NCBI GenBank assembly: GCA_000708835.1
Contig: DF237254.1
Span: forward strand, 1-64,000
Length of the DNA stretch: 64,000 nt
Reading direction: 5' to 3'
Origin: Klebsormidium nitens
Taxonomy: Eukaryota > Plantae > Klebsormidiophyceae
How positions within the stretch are numbered: position 1 is the stretch's first letter; every line of letters begins with the position of its first letter. This document shows, piece by piece, positions 36,923-51,900 of this stretch. A program made the position numbers and the translations under genes. The notes under the pieces were generated by a model. The model made no database searches. It had not been told where the DNA came from and saw only the letters and a list, made by a program, of their open reading frames with translations.

Positions 36923-39900
36923 CTATACCTTCTTTGTCGCAGACTGCTTCTGGGTCCCCGCCTTCAGGTTCTCTCTCACGTAGTTCCGCTTCGGGGGGTG
37001 CTGCGCCTGCTCTAGTTTGGTCGCCAATTCCGGACTGCGAAAACAAAGCGAAACGAGGCTCAAAGTACATTCCGCGAAGTCAACTTTTCACCGATTTACA
37101 GACGACCAGGGACTGCTTTCCTCTCAACTTGGCTCCTTCTGAAAGGTTTGCTCGTTCTGGCGTTGGTAAACAAGGATTTCTGTAGACGTTCTCGTCACTC
37201 GGGGTTCGATGTCGAGATTGCCGAATCTTTATGATCACATTTACGCGACCAGACTATCCGCCAGATTCTGAAGACGCGATAAGTGCACGCACTTCGGCAC
37301 ACTTAGATCAGGCAGTGCATGGAGTAAGTGTCTAGCTCTCACGCTGCAAACATGAGGAATCGATCCGAGCAGCTGTTCAGAATCTTGCTTCCAAGTTCGT
37401 TAGATACATAATCGAGCTTTTGTGCTTTCAACTCTCAGAAATACCCCAAAGAGGCGCAATTGGAAACGAATGACCAGTAATTTAGCGTCACGAAGAGCAG
37501 TAAGCGGCGGCTCTCCAAGTGCCCGAATCATCCAACCGGGCCTGGCTCGTTGTTGAAAGCCATAGGGGTTGGATTCGGTTTTGGATACGTCTTTCCAGCA
37601 TTGCCCCTCGCGGAGGAAGAAGAAGGAACCACAAGCAAAACCGCACCTTCACATGAAAGCTTGCACGGCGGTGGGCCAGATTCAGAACATTGGAAGAACC
37701 GCTTCTCACCTCAGCTTGGAGTTGATGCGGGGCGGCGCGACCGGTGGCTTATACTCCGGCCGACTTCCCTTGACCTCGTAGATCCAGTCCCGCTCGTCCG
37801 TCTGCAGAACAAAGTCGCCGTCAGTACATCAATCAGCAACCTTCGCAGAGGACAAGCTTCGCGGATTTAGAACCTTCAGAAACCCGTGCTGGTTTTCGAG
37901 AAGCGACCTCTCCTCAATATGCGAACGCGGCTGTCAATCAGATCACGACGTAGCAGCACGCCAGGATAGGCCGTTGAGTCGGTGGCAGAGCCGACGTTTA
38001 TTATGTTTTGCATCCTGAGCTCGTCAAAAGTGCCTTCTTGAAACCAATGAAAAGCCCGCGCTCAAAATCAGGAGAGCCTTTTCCCTTACTTCCCGGGAGT
38101 CACTTCTGAAAACCCAAACAGCGAAGGATGAAAACCTGTCAAGTGTCAAACCTTCATCAAGTCAAAACAAAATGCAGATACTCAATTCATTCCCAGATTT
38201 GATCATATCTTCTTCTCTTAGGGGAAGCAACTTGGAGAACACTTGTCCGAGGTCTTCGTCAAATGCTCCTCTCACAAGCTCTGTTCCACTTAGCGCTTCT
38301 GCGTTCTGCCTGGCCTCTCGGTTGTATCCTAGTTGCCATCGGTTACCTCCAGCTTATGACGGAAAACTGATTTGCAGGATCTGAGGACATGAAAATGTAA
38401 TCAAATGCTTTCTATCAGACTGCGACAAACCCAACAGATGCCCTGCAATCCTAAAACCCCTAAACCGCTAGAAACCTTAAAAACCCTCAAAGAAAGCGGC
38501 GCGGCAAGATCCGGCTGACGCCACTCGCGTGAATGTACCGTTTTCCGATCAGGGTTTTCCCGGCGTATTCCCGGGGCGTGAAAAGTACCCCTAACTCATG
38601 GCCTCGTCGGCGCATTTAGAAGATGTAGTCAAATGACCTTAGTTGCACCTAACTCAACCGCAAAGAAACGTACAACAAGTAGGCGTGCTCCAAGAAGAGC
38701 GACGTGACAAGAACTCTATTCCATGACTCACGAGGATATACAATTTGCCGATCAGGGGCTTCCCGGCGTATTCCCGAGGCGTGAACGCCACGCGCAGCTC
38801 CTGCCCTCGTCCGCCCGGTTTAAGCACTCCCCGGGTTGGTTCGACGTCGAATTCTAGCGGGCTACCGGGGCCGAAAAGTGCCCGGTAGGAGATCTCCCGG
38901 TCAGGAAGAGCGGGCAGTGTGAATGTGCTCACGCCCGTCTTGCCGACCGGGGCTTCCACGTGGATGGTACCGTCCGGTTCGGGCTCAGACGCCTGCGGTA
39001 CGAACCTTTGAAATTGGTCTTTGAAGGAGCTGAGTGTCACGGTCTGACCGGACACAGAAAGGGGGCTCCGTGCAAGATTGTTCCAGTGCCCTGAACGGGA
39101 TTCCGCACACGAACGGCTCATAGCTTTCCGCCTCGTTCCGGCGGAACGTGTAGAGAACGGTTTGAAGTTGCCACGCCGTCATTCTATGTTTCTTTCAAAA
39201 CAGCATCGAAGACGACCGGATCACGACTTACAATGCGTTCAAGGTCCAAGTCAGGAGTTCTTTGAACAAGCAGTTACATAGCCCCGCCAAGAAAACAAAT
39301 GGTTTTGCACCAGCCCTGATCCGCTTGCAGCAGCTCTCTCCATGCCTGACTTCAGCATCTTTAAAGCGCTACAAATTCACATTTAGACTTGAAAGTCGGT
39401 TCTGAATCGAGACTGACAGCCTTTTCTAACTTCGAAACTCTGCGTTGGCTTTCGTCATGCTCCTCGATTTGATATCTTCTTTCATACGAAGGAAGACGAA
39501 ACGGAACTTTCAGCACGGAACGGAACGCCAAACTGACCTCGAGAGCCATCTCAAAGCGCCACCTGCCGCCGGTCTCTTTGGTGATGACGAGATCCGCTGC
39601 CGTTGACAGAATCCGCAGCGGAGCGAAGGTCACCCGGAACCGGAGCGGCTGGTCGGGACCGAAGATGACCTGAGCAAGGAAGAGGCAGCGCATAAGCCTC
39701 TGTAAGTTCCTTTTCTATCAAGGACAGTTTCTGCTTTCCAATGTTGTTCCCCGTGTTCTTTCACCTGAGTTCTTTCCTTTTTTGTACCCTTCTCGATCTC
39801 ACTGAAAGAGCGGCCGCTAGAACTTCAAAATGTCGCTGCAAGGAAAGATTCATAAGGCAACTCGTTTCTGCCAAGAAAAGTCCCGAGGACAGCGTCTTTT

Positions 39901-42900
39901 CTCAACTCAAAGAGACCGTTTTGAGGGAGAAGCGGAGATTCGTGTTTTGCACCTTCCGCACGGTCGTTCCTCAAGACCAGATTTTACATCTCTTATTAAA
40001 ATCATGGTGCACGCTATACAGAAGCGAAGCTATCGAAGAAATCCGTTTGAAACGTTGAAGCCGCGAACCTCCCTCAGCCAGAGGACTGTTGAAATTCCTA
40101 TCTCAGAATCTTCCGCTGTTACGGACCTTCAGTAGTGACTGCGTATCTAAGAAAAGTCACTGTATGTTTTGATTCCACAGCTCATGGCTCTGCTATCTCC
40201 CAAGTTCTTTTTCTTCTAGCAAAGTAGGAATGAAGGAGACAAATAGTTTTCTCACCTCGTCAAGAGCTTCGACTCGAAGCGACTGTGCGACAACCGCCGC
40301 GTCGCCTTCCTCCGTCGCAACCTCATACGTAAACCGCTCCGGGTTTGTCACTAACCCCATACCAACCAGCCTCGCTTCCAAAACCCCTTCGCTCGAGCCG
40401 CGCGCCTTGCACGCGCACCGGAAAACGCGGCCCGCTTCCGCATACTCCGCCACGCCCACGATCGGAAAGACCCAGGTTAGCGTTTCCCGGTTAGCGCTGG
40501 GGTTTTCGTAATCGGGCTCGGGTTCGAGCTCCACCCTCAGGTTAGCGCGTAACTGCGCAATGAATGATGGTTGAAAAGCGACCGGGATTTGGAGGACGCT
40601 GAACGGGGCGACCGAAAGGCCATGCGTCCGGCGCAGGAGGACGCTGAAAGGGCCCGGGTCGCCGTAACCCGGGTCGATGCTAACCCTAACCGTGACCGGA
40701 ACCGAGAATGGATTCCGGAAGGAAACCAGGGCAGAAGCCGCCTGCTTGAGCGAAGCAGTGACTGTCGTTTCCGGCATGGACGTGGGCGGAGATCCGCGGC
40801 CGGAACAGCGGAACACCCAGGTTCCGGCTTCCGCGGAACCCAGTTCAATAACCCCGGTTTGGACCTCGCCGAGAACCGAGGGCGTGTACTCAATCGTGAC
40901 GTCAGCCCGGCCGTCAGGGGGCAGGGTTAGGGTAGCCGGGTTAGCGACGAAGTTGCGCGGGTTACTGCTGGTCGCCCGGACGACAGCGGGTTTGGAGAGC
41001 GGGTTAGCGACGCTAACTTGGTGCGTGACCGTTGTGCCCACTTCGCACAAGAGCTCGGGGAGGGTCTCGTCCGGTGCGGGTTCCGCCTCTAACTCCAATT
41101 TAAACCAAAGCAAACCCAGGGTTTCGCTGTCGAAGTGCACGGAGCCCGTCCCCCGGGCGGGGAAAAGCGGCCGGTAGACGAGCTTGTAATCCGCGCTGCC
41201 GCCCGCGGGAACGGTTACCGCGGCGTCGCCTGAAACCCCCAAACCCTGCAGGTTGACCGCGAACGTCGCGGGCTCGTCGCGAGGGTTTTCGAGGCGGGTT
41301 ACGAGGACCTCGACCGGGTTTCGGACGACAGATTTGACCGTTACCGTTCCCTCGCAAGGCGGCGGCCCGGCCGTGATTTCCACTGTGAACCAGCAGTACT
41401 GCCCGGTTGGAGCGGTGAACTGGAGGCTCCCGGTAACGGTTCCGACTTGGCGCGGTTGGACTGCGAGCTCGCATTCGACGACGCTGTTCGGACGCACCTT
41501 GAAGACGTCCGGGCCGGTCACGTCCGGCAGGTCCGACTTGAAGCTGCGAAGCAAAGAGGCACTTGCTTAAAAACCTGACGAGAATAAAATGATTGGGCAC
41601 TCGAAGTCAGAAGTAAGGCTCGGACTATCTGCTTTGGCCTTCGTTGCTGCACCTAGCAACCTAGCAACCCTCCTGATAGGAAATCCTTCAATATGGATTT
41701 CAAATCCTCACTGCGGATTGAGGGCGCGGAGATTGAATAGACATTTCGTCCTTATCCTGCAGAAGAAAGATGCTCTTGGGGTTCGATGCCGCGGATCGAA
41801 CAACGCTTGAATTGGTCCGTGCTTCAAAATCCGAGAAAGCTGTAACGAACAAAGGGGCGATCAGCAGCGCAGGTTAGTTTCGCAACATTCTCGAGAAGCC
41901 TTTCAGGCTGTTGAACGACGAAGTCGCACTTCCATCTAGAATTAGTAAAACAACGGGGTTAACCGCCGCAAAATAAACACTGCTTTGGAGAACACCTCGC
42001 TTCCTTGCTCGATGCAAACTGCTAAAGAAGGACGTGAGAACCTTTCAGGCGAGTGGACAAACTCTGGTGAACCTCTCCAATTCAAAGCTCTCTTTCCTCC
42101 TGCGTTACCAATCCTTCAATGGGAAAGTAAGATCTGGAAGTATAGGTGACTTCCTGGAAAGTAAATGCGAAAGTCGAAGTTTCAATGACGACAAAAATAA
42201 CCGGAGCAGCATTCCCACCTGTACGGCACTTCCTGGTCCCCGATGACGTTGGGCACCTTGATGCGTCGCAGCGCGCGCACGCGCGTAGGGCATTCCAACA
42301 CCACGTGGCCCTCAGATAAGGGCTCCTCGCCAGTCCCCGTCAGCGTATAAACGCCGGCGCCCGATAATTGCAGCTCTGATCAGAGGGATACGAACGACAC
42401 TATGAGAAGTTTGTCCGGCCTTGTCAATGTGTGTGATCCGGAGCCGTGGCGGTACAACGTCGATCGCAATGCACACGGTGGAAACCACTCACAGGATCAC
42501 AGCCGAGCCTAAAGCTTCTGATGACCTCATTCGATCAAAGATCTTGCAAATGGAACGGAAAGAAACTCAATTGCAAACGCGCCTCCCCAATTGCCTTCAA
42601 CTCTGGAGTAGGCTCACAAGGTAAGACAGACGAGTTCGTCTTCGCAGGGAGACAGAATCTGCAGGAGAAGACACCCCTCCAAGCGGCAGTTCTTGTATTG
42701 GAGTTGTTCCACTCATATAACAAAGTAGTCCGACCAGCGTTCCGTTCCGCTCACCAGAGGTGTACTCCCCGATCCACGGCGGCCGGAACGTCAGCGCGTA
42801 CTGCGTCATCCCTCCGGGGGGCACCGACACCTCTCTCGGCCCCGTGAAAGCCGTCCCCCCCGAAAAGTTGGCCTTGACAATCAGCGGCTTATCCGAGCCG

Positions 42901-45900
42901 TTGGATATGGGCAGCTCCTGCAGGATGCTCGCGCGCGCGGGGCACGAGAACGCGAGCGCAGCGCGCGCGTCTGGCGCGGCCGCGCAGAACTCCAGGTCGA
43001 AGACGCGCACGTCGGCCGGTGACGTCAGCGTGACGCGGGCGGGGTAGGTCCCCGGTTGCTTCGGGCTAAACGTCGCGAGCAGGACGTTGGCAGGGGCGGC
43101 AATTTTCGGGTCAGCGGGAGGTTTGCCGTTAACCGCGGGTTCCTTGGGCGGCGGTTTGGGGTTTGGGGAACCGAGGGTGACGTCATGCGGCACGTGGACG
43201 TACTGGCTGCTGGAGTGCACGGCGAATCTCACCGCGCGCGTGCTCGCGCCCTGGACGATTTCCCCGAGCGCTTTCAGAAGCTCCGTCTGCTTTTTGTTCT
43301 TTGCCCCGGGGTGCTTCTCTAGGAAGATGCGCTTAGCGTTCTCGAACTGGGGATTGGTCACCGGGATGACCACCTCCTTAACCACCGGGTTTTTGCCAAA
43401 CTCCGTCACGAACTTGGGCAGCTGCGTCGGCGCGGGGGGCTTCGCTTTCGCCTCGACGAGGTGCACGATTTCGCCGAAGATCTTATCCTCTAGGCGTACC
43501 GTGCAGCTAAACTGCCCCTGTTGGAACGGTAAAAAGTGCACCACCAGGCGACCTTTCTCTTTCATTCTCAACCGCAGGACGGACTTGTCGCAGCCAAACG
43601 CGTCCGGCGGAACGGCCTTTCCGTCGGCGCTGCCAACGGAAGCGGAACTGGGCTCCTCCGAGATGGGCGCCCGCTTAACCGCCTTCTTAACCTCCGGCTC
43701 GGCCGCGGGTTTCTTGACGCACGCCTGGAGTAGCGTGACCGCAAACTCACAGTCCCCAGGGAACGGGTTCCCAACCTCTAGTTCGACCGTTGTGTACTCA
43801 AAGAGACGCGCTTCCGTCTGCCACGTGGCAACCGGAAGCTCGGACAGCGCGCGCGCGCGCAGCGCAAAGACCATGGTCGCGGCCACGGCCGCGCCCTCCC
43901 GCTTGCTCGCGAGCATCAGGCGTCCCTCCACGGGTTTAGAAATCGACGGCGTGCAGGTTATCATAACCTTCTCGGTTCCCCGGGGTTCGATGCGGATTGA
44001 ATCCTTCCCGACTTCGAACTCTTTGCTCCCCTCTAGTTGCACGTGGTAGGAGATCGGCTTCGACGTCGGGTTGGTTAGCTCGACCACCTTCGCTAACCGC
44101 TCCCCTAACCGCCCCGCGAACTCCACCGTGGACCGGGGCGCCAGCTGCGGCAGCGCCTGGTAGAGATAAACCGAGAACACTAGAAGTTCTCGGGCCTGCG
44201 GGAACGCCAGCTCGTCCTCCGTGATCGTATAAGGTAACCGGAGCACGCCCATCATTTCGATGAGGACCTTCGCGTTCGCGCGCACTTTGGACTCGCTCTT
44301 GGCGCCACGTGTCAGCGCCTGGGAGAAGCTGTTGAGGCCCGGCCAGTGGGAAACTAGAAGCGCGTAGAAAACGGTGCCGTCGCGCAGGTCGGCGTCGAAG
44401 TTGGTCACCCGGTAGGCTTGCCCCGGGAGGACCTTCCGGAAGTGGGCGGTCATCCATTTGAGCAGAACGGACTCCGGAACGCTGGAAAAGCAAAGAATCT
44501 CAAAGTGAGGAGTTGTACCGAAGTACGGAATGTTCTTTGTTTTAGTGGGGAGGACCTTCCGGAAGTGGGCGGTCAATCACTTAAGCAGAACGGACTCCGG
44601 AACGCTGCAAAAGCATAGAATTTTAAATTGAGGACTAAAAACGGAGTGCAGATTTTTTATTGGAATCATACTATAATGTCACTGCTTGAACGAAGGGTAT
44701 TCAAGGGAGCAACCCACGAAAAACTCTAAGCGACTGCGCTTAATTTGAAACGGGACAAAAGCTTTCGAATGAACTCTGCAGCGGAAGCTTATGATCCGCG
44801 AAAGACGGTGTAGCGCATCGCTACACCTCAGGTGCTTTCACTCAACTTCCACCGTGAAAGCCATGTTTGTTACGTATCCAGGGTGACAAAACCTGTGATT
44901 TTGGTCAGTGTATGCAAATCGTCTACCTGAGGAAGTTGCTGCCCACAAGGGACGGGTCGGTGGCGGCGTGCTTTCCGTTCCGCTTTGCGCCGGCGGACGG
45001 AACGGGCGGAAGGAGGCCCTCCATCCCCGGAAGCGTGGCCAACGACTTGGGAGTGACGCGGTTGAGTACAAAGATCCGCAACACCTGCAAAGAACGAAAA
45101 ACCTCAATCTTAGTCTGAATCTTGAATTGAATCAACATGAAAGTGACGAGACGAATGAACTGAGTAGAGGCTCCGTGGATTCGTGCGAAACAATGATGGA
45201 AGCAAAAGTAAAGTTTCATTGCAAAAAGGCAGCGTCTATTCGACCCCGGCGGCCACTTGCTTCTCTGAGAAACGTTGCACCAATTAGTTTAGGTAGAGTT
45301 CCTTTCGAGACCTAAGCGAGTGTCCTTTCCGGTTACAGAACCGGATATTTGAAAGCAGAGGCTTTTGGGTTCTCAAGTGTTAAATTTCGAGACAACGGAA
45401 CCTCTAACGGATCTGAAATAACAGGGTATCTAGACAAACGAGACCTCTAAGGAATCTAAAAAATAGGGTGTCTACATTGAAGCTTCCTTTGCGGGAGCGG
45501 AAAATACAAAGACGGACTGTCCACTGCTCTTGAGTTTGGAAGAGCTGTTATTGCAGCTGCAGCAGCGAGAAATATGCTGTCATGACCTCCGCGTGTCACA
45601 GGGAAACTCTGGCGGCATCCTTTTATCCACCCATCAGAACTTCAAAATTCTTCCGTTTGATCAGTGGGTCTAGTATGAAATGTGTAAGCCCGCGGCTAGT
45701 AAAGCGGCAATCGTCACCTGGAACAGCGTCATGTGCCACGCCTCACTGGACACGTTCGCAAAGTTGGCCAGCACCGCGCGCCAGGCGGCCGCGGCTTCCC
45801 GCGCGCCGGCCGCCGCCGCGCCCTCGCCGTCGCCCTCCTCGCCCAAACCCTCCAAACCCTGCTCCCTGGTCGCGAGCACGCGCTCCAGATCGTCTTCCGT

Positions 45901-48900
45901 CAGCAACAGCTCCGGTTTTACCGCGTTCAAAAGCGCGCCGTGCTGCTTCAGAAACGTCAGCACTTTTTCGTACTGGCCCCGGACCGCCTCCGCCTGGTCC
46001 TTCTTGTTGGGGGGCAGTTTTCCCAGCTTGCCGGGCACCCCCTTCCCGCTCAGATTCTCCACCAGCTCGACCAGCAGCTTCCCCTTCGACGCCGAAAACT
46101 CGCCGGCAATGTCTTTAATCGGCGCGCGCGAGAGCGTGACGTCAAGCCAGCGCGCGAGTGCGCCGCTCTGTGACGTCACGCTGGCGTCGGACAGCTCCGG
46201 GGGCTGGATCTTGTACCCGGCGTCGGGAACTAGAGTCGGGGCTTTTCCGTCTTCCACCGAGATTTGCAGCGCCTCCTTGTTGAAGGTGAGGAACGGGTGG
46301 TTCGTGAGAAGGCAGTTGTCCGCCGTTCCGGTCACCGGAACGGAAAATTTTCGGCCGTCGTCGTCGAAGAAGTCCAGATTCGCCGTGAAAGAGAGCGGCT
46401 GGTCTGACGCAAAGCTGACGTCGACGGGCAGGCGCTCCTTAGCGAACCCTATAAGCGTTCCTCCGGGGAACTCCAACTGGAGGGGCGCCTTATCGGAATC
46501 GATCGGCAGCCGGTATTTGACGTCCAGGTTATCGTAACCCTTGTTGACCAGGTAGAAACGTGCGCGGGTGCGGATGTCAAGCGGAACAACCGGAAGGGTA
46601 ATCTCCCTAACCTCAAAAGCTAACCCCGGCGCCAGCCCCGTGCCTTTTAGGGTCAGGAAGGAGTACGGCTCCTTTTCCGTTGTGCCGTCCAGGTGCACCG
46701 GAACGGAACACTTGTACTGCTCCGCCTCCCGTGGCAGGAATGTGACCCGTATCGTTGTCGAAGTGCCCTCCGCCAAAACGCCCTGCTTCGGTTCGACGGT
46801 GAACACGCCCTTGGAGGCGTCCACGTCAGCAGTCCCCAGCTGCCACGTCAGCGGCTTCTCGTCCGTGTTCGTGATCGTCGTCTCCATAGCGTATGGGATC
46901 TGCTTCACCGTTTCTTTCTTGACGATCTTGGCGCCAAAGGCGAGGACGGGGGGCGCGAGGCGCGCCCGCGGCTTCAGCCCGCGTGCGCGCACCGCGCGCG
47001 CCGGCTGCTCGCCCGCCGGAACGCCGAGGACGGACAGTGGAAGGTCGAATGACTCCACGCGGTCGCGCGTCGGCTGAAACGACAGCACAAATGTCAGCGT
47101 CTTTTTGGCCGCGAGCAGAATCTTGTACTGCGGCCCTTCGTCGTCGATCTCGCCCTGGGCGGAACCGCCAGAATCCGCTTCGACGTCAATACTTCTCGGC
47201 CCCCCGGGGGAGATCAGCTGCAGCGGTCCGTCGGCAAATTCCTCCTCATTCGGCGCGGTCGCGGTCGCGGTTGCGCGCACGCGCGCGGGCAGCTCGAGCC
47301 GGAACTCCGGGTGTCCGCTGAGGTCCAGCAGCAAAGCCGCTGGAATTCCGCTGCTGTTGGTCAACGTCAGCGTCTGCTGTGCTGACGCGCCGATGTAAAT
47401 AGCCCCGAAAGCGAACTCCTGCTGTTCGATGGTGACGGTCGGGACGACGGCGTGCGCGCACACCTGGAGACCGGTCGGTTTGCCGCCCCGGGCAGAGACC
47501 TGCGCGAAAGCATTTTGGTCATTGATGTGGTCAACAAGTAGCACTTTTCAGTCTAGAGACACTCCGTGCAGTGAGAACGTCTGGAAGCCTTTTGGTTGTG
47601 CATATATCTGGTTCGAGAGGTTGTCCGGGCGACCTTAAATTGGAGCTCGTTTATAGAAGCACGGAACTCAAAACTAATCAAGAACTCGCAACTCGCAAAC
47701 CTTGCCCTTTTGTGGTCCATTTCCACTCGAGGGTTGTAGTGAATCAGAATCCGTAACTTGAGACTGCGTGTCCCAAACGCAAACACAACCTCATTCAAGG
47801 TAAGTGGAGGGTGCGATTTCGAGGAATAGACAAAGGACGCCCATGAGCAACTCTTTGTTCTCCATCTGAGCGTTGCACAAGATCTTAAAAACATATCAAT
47901 TCCGCAATCCTTCGCGCCCCAGCGTATGTGTGTACATGGTACGCTAATACCGAAGTAAGTGAAAAGCAACCACAAGGTCAAAGTTTACTTTGTTGAAAGC
48001 TTTTGATCCGTTGTTGGGGTCCGTTTCAACGAACCTTTTTCGCAAACCTAAGAGTCTCTTCAAGTCGCCCTTGAATAGACCCAGCTTCCAACGAGAGTAG
48101 CTGAGTATTTACCTGGAGCCACGCGTCGTACTCTTTCGCCTCCTCCGCTTCGAACGTCAGCTCCAAGTCTTGCGTTCCCCCCGGGCTGATCCGTCCGGCG
48201 ACCGGGCTGCAGGAAAGCACCGCTGACTGGTCGCCCGCCGACGCCCGGAAGACGACGTCCGTCTTGCCGACGTTCCGCAGCGGAACGGTCTTGTGGACAG
48301 GGGCGCCCACCGGAACCATGCCCAGGTCGAGCTTCTTATCCTTGAAGGCGCACTTGCCTTCCAGGCTCTCCCCTGCATTGAAACGGCTATTCCTTCAAAT
48401 GGGCGTAGGCCATGCATGAACACCCCAATAAAATCGAGGGTAATGGGGCCCCAGAGTGGCCAAACTTCCAATCGGGTCCGTCCGAAAACGACTCGAAAGC
48501 TTTGAATGACAAATTTCGGACAGTTGAAATCGAACGCTCAAGGTTGTTGTCAGGTCACACTTTGCGTTCTTCCTGGGTTCCCTTTCTGCTCGATTCACAC
48601 ACGTCTTTTCAATCACTCATCAAGATCCGGCCAATCTCTCGTCAAGCTGCGTTTCGCACTTGCTTCTGGAGACTTAATCAGGGCATGAATCTGCGATACC
48701 TGAATCGCAAAGACAGCCACCTACATACCGCAAATCAATACCGAACAGCTTTGCTTTTCACCAAAAGAGATACGCGGTATCAGAACCTTCTTTCCTTGAC
48801 CTTCCTTTCTTGTCACATAACATACGGAAGCCTAGCTTTCTCTTGCTCACGAAAACCGCGGTACGTACCGCTACAGCGCACCCGCTTGCTCGCGCCCGCG

Positions 48901-51900
48901 CCCCCTACTACGCTCAGCGTCAGGAACCCGTCGTTGTTTCCGGTTCCGGGCCGCCACGTGACGGTGACCGGAACGGAACCCAACTTCTCGATCGCGCCCC
49001 GGGTTGGCGTGACCTCAAACGCCGGGTTAGAGCACTCCCACTGGTAGTCCGCAGTGTGGTTGTTCGGGTTATGGACGATTAACTGCTCGGTTATGCAGGG
49101 TTCCCAGTCGTCGGGTGTGTAGCGGAAGTCAATCTCCTCCCGGGAGATGGAGAGAGCGACCGGTTCTACTTCGGCGAGGACCTCCAACTGAAACCTGTGA
49201 AACCGGGGGAAGCAGTATCCGCTGAGTCAGGCCATCTTAAAAATCGAGTGGTTCCTCTCGTGATAGGCCAAGCTCTAATGGTGTCGTTAGGAAATCACCA
49301 ACTGAAGACCAGATCGTCAAGCTGAGCGAAAGCGGCTCGTGAGTTGTCAACATGTTTGTCTGTAGCCGGACCAAATCGGACGGCAAACGAGGAGATGCGG
49401 GAAGTTTTTAGGATTGTCTTCTGAAGGCTACGACGAGACGGGCACGGCGAACGGAACGGTTTAACGTCTGGCGCAAGGTCTTACGCGAGTACGCATAAGC
49501 TAGTAAAGCCCATTTCTCACGTGCAAAGAAGATTCTTTAAAAGTCGGACGAAGAACCCAGAGAGCGGGCCATTAAGAAGCAGGTGTCCTGACAAAGACCC
49601 GTTTCGGTAACCAACATGAGAGCCCTGATTGTTTTCAGACACATCAAAGGGCTGGTCTTCGCGATTGGGGCTGGGTAGGAGAGTACACGTTTCAACCAAT
49701 GGGATTGGAAACAAGCGGTTCGCCCCATCGTAAATTCGGACATCATGCGAGAACAAATCCTTCACGGAAGCATACGCTCCTTCATGAATGAACCGGAGTC
49801 CTCTTGGACTCATTCTAGAGGATTCTCTGAGACAGCCGACCGAAGGGATGTCTCCAAACCATTGTCCTTCATCTCAGCAGCTGCAAAGCCGGACCGTCCG
49901 ATCCTTCCTGCTTACCTGTGCTGACCGTTAATGACGTACTCCACCTTCTGGCGCACCGTCTGCAGCTTGTTCGTACACAGCACGATCCTGAAGCCCGCCG
50001 TTGCCCCGGGGGGGATCACCTGGCTCTCCGGTTCGCTTTTCTCCAGCTCCGGTACGGACCGGGTCTCAACCCCGACCAGAATGCTCTTGTGCAGCTTGTT
50101 CGTGACTGTGAAAATCTTCGTGTGGGGCGCCAGAGCGCTGACCCGCCCAAAGTCGAGAGAATGAGGCCCTGCTACGATCTTCACGATGTCGCTCGGGCGT
50201 AATTGTGAGTGACACTCGTGCGCCTCCCCCGCTTCACAGGGCCTCGCCTTAAACTTTGCCACGGAGTGGATTTCGGACTCGGTGTTCGTTTGCAACGGAC
50301 GGTTCTTCGGGCGGACGTACGAACCCTCCTTCCCGATCTCGTTTACGTCTTTGATCAGCCACAGCGGATCCTTCGCGAGCGGCAACTCCGGTTCGGGTTC
50401 CCTTAAGCCGGAGAACAGCGCTAACCCGAGGTTTAGCGCGTCGTCCGGGGGCGGAGGTTTAGCGGTCCCCCGGTTTTCTCGCTCCTCTCGTTCCATCCGG
50501 GCGCTCCGCAAGAAGGTCTTGTACTGATCGCGATGCTCGTCCCGCTTCGTTGACTCGTTCCTCGATAGCTTATGCAGCCCGCCGATGGCGTCGTCCTCCG
50601 CCTCCACTAACCCGCTCACTAATCCGCTGGTTAAGCCGCTGTTCGGGGAGACAGAAGTAAGCGCAAACCCGGTGCGTCTCTTCTCGGGCGACCGATTTGT
50701 TCCCCGCCCAACCGTTGCCGCCTTTACCGCAACCGTTGCAGGAGCTTTTCCGTCCACTCGCACCTCTAGTTTCTGCACGACCGGCCCCTTATCCGCCCCG
50801 CTTATGTCGCACGTCAGCACCGCCCGGCGAGGCCCGATGACTTTTGGATCAAAAGTGACGGCCACCAATTTAGACGCACGTGGGGGGATGATCCCGTGAT
50901 CGGGTGCCACGTGGAACTCTGCTAAGCGTCCGAACTCGAACCGCACCGGGAGCTCAGTCTCTCCGTTCTCGAGCGTCAGCGTCTTCTTGACGCGGGTCTT
51001 CAAACCGGGCTCCCCGAACGAGAGGGCGGTCGGTGTGAATACAACCGAGGGCTCGACGCCCTGTCCCCAAATCGGGAGCTTCAGTCTGCGCTTCACCTCC
51101 TTCACATCGAAGATCGTCAGGAAAGAAAAGACTTGCTTTCCCGCACCCGCCGCAGGTTTCGTCGTCGAAAACCCCTTCATCGGCCCTTCTCTCGCAACCG
51201 CCAACGTGATTACCACAGGTAATTCAGAAAACGGTGGCACCGTTCCGCTTGCCGGTGACACCGTCACACACTTCGACTTCGCCGCCTGGAGTCCCTCCAG
51301 CCTTTCAGCCGAGATGGTGTCAATCGGGCCGTGGTCCCCAGACCCCCGGCTGCTGTCCGGGTTCGTATACAGCCCCGTCTCATAGCTTATGGGCACGGGT
51401 CCGAGGTTTCGCAAACGCGCCCGCACCGTTTTGGAGCTCCCGAAGAACAGCGAACCGAAGTCGATTCTCCCCAGGGGCGTCCCGTCCTCCGCGCAAAAGT
51501 CCACTTTCTGGGGGGTGCTCGAGGCAGTGATTTCGACCCCCTGGGACTGAACTTGCCCCGGCTCCCCCCATTTAAACTCCACCCCCGCCTTAAAGTCCCC
51601 CGCATCTTTGGCCTCGTATGTGACTTTGACTTCTTCTCCAGAGTTCGGACCCAGAAACCCGCTTTGAGGTTCCACTATAACAGGGCAACTGTGATCGAAG
51701 CGTACCGACCATTCTGCCCCTTTTCCGCCTTTGTTCGAGATCGTCAGAGTCTTCTCGATTACGCTTCCTTGAGCAACCGCGCCGAGAAGTAGAACCGAGG
51801 GTTCGATGTGAAGGAAAGACTGGGGGAGAAGAGTGTGCAGCGGAATGCAGAGGGGGGGGCCTTGCTCTGTCTCGATGGTAAGTGCGCCGTGGACGTCCTT

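Noticed and set aside
40230-51792. Many long plus-strand ORFs (e.g. 43087-44049, 45680-46537)
   Set aside because: These are antisense shadows of GC-rich CFAP47 exons.
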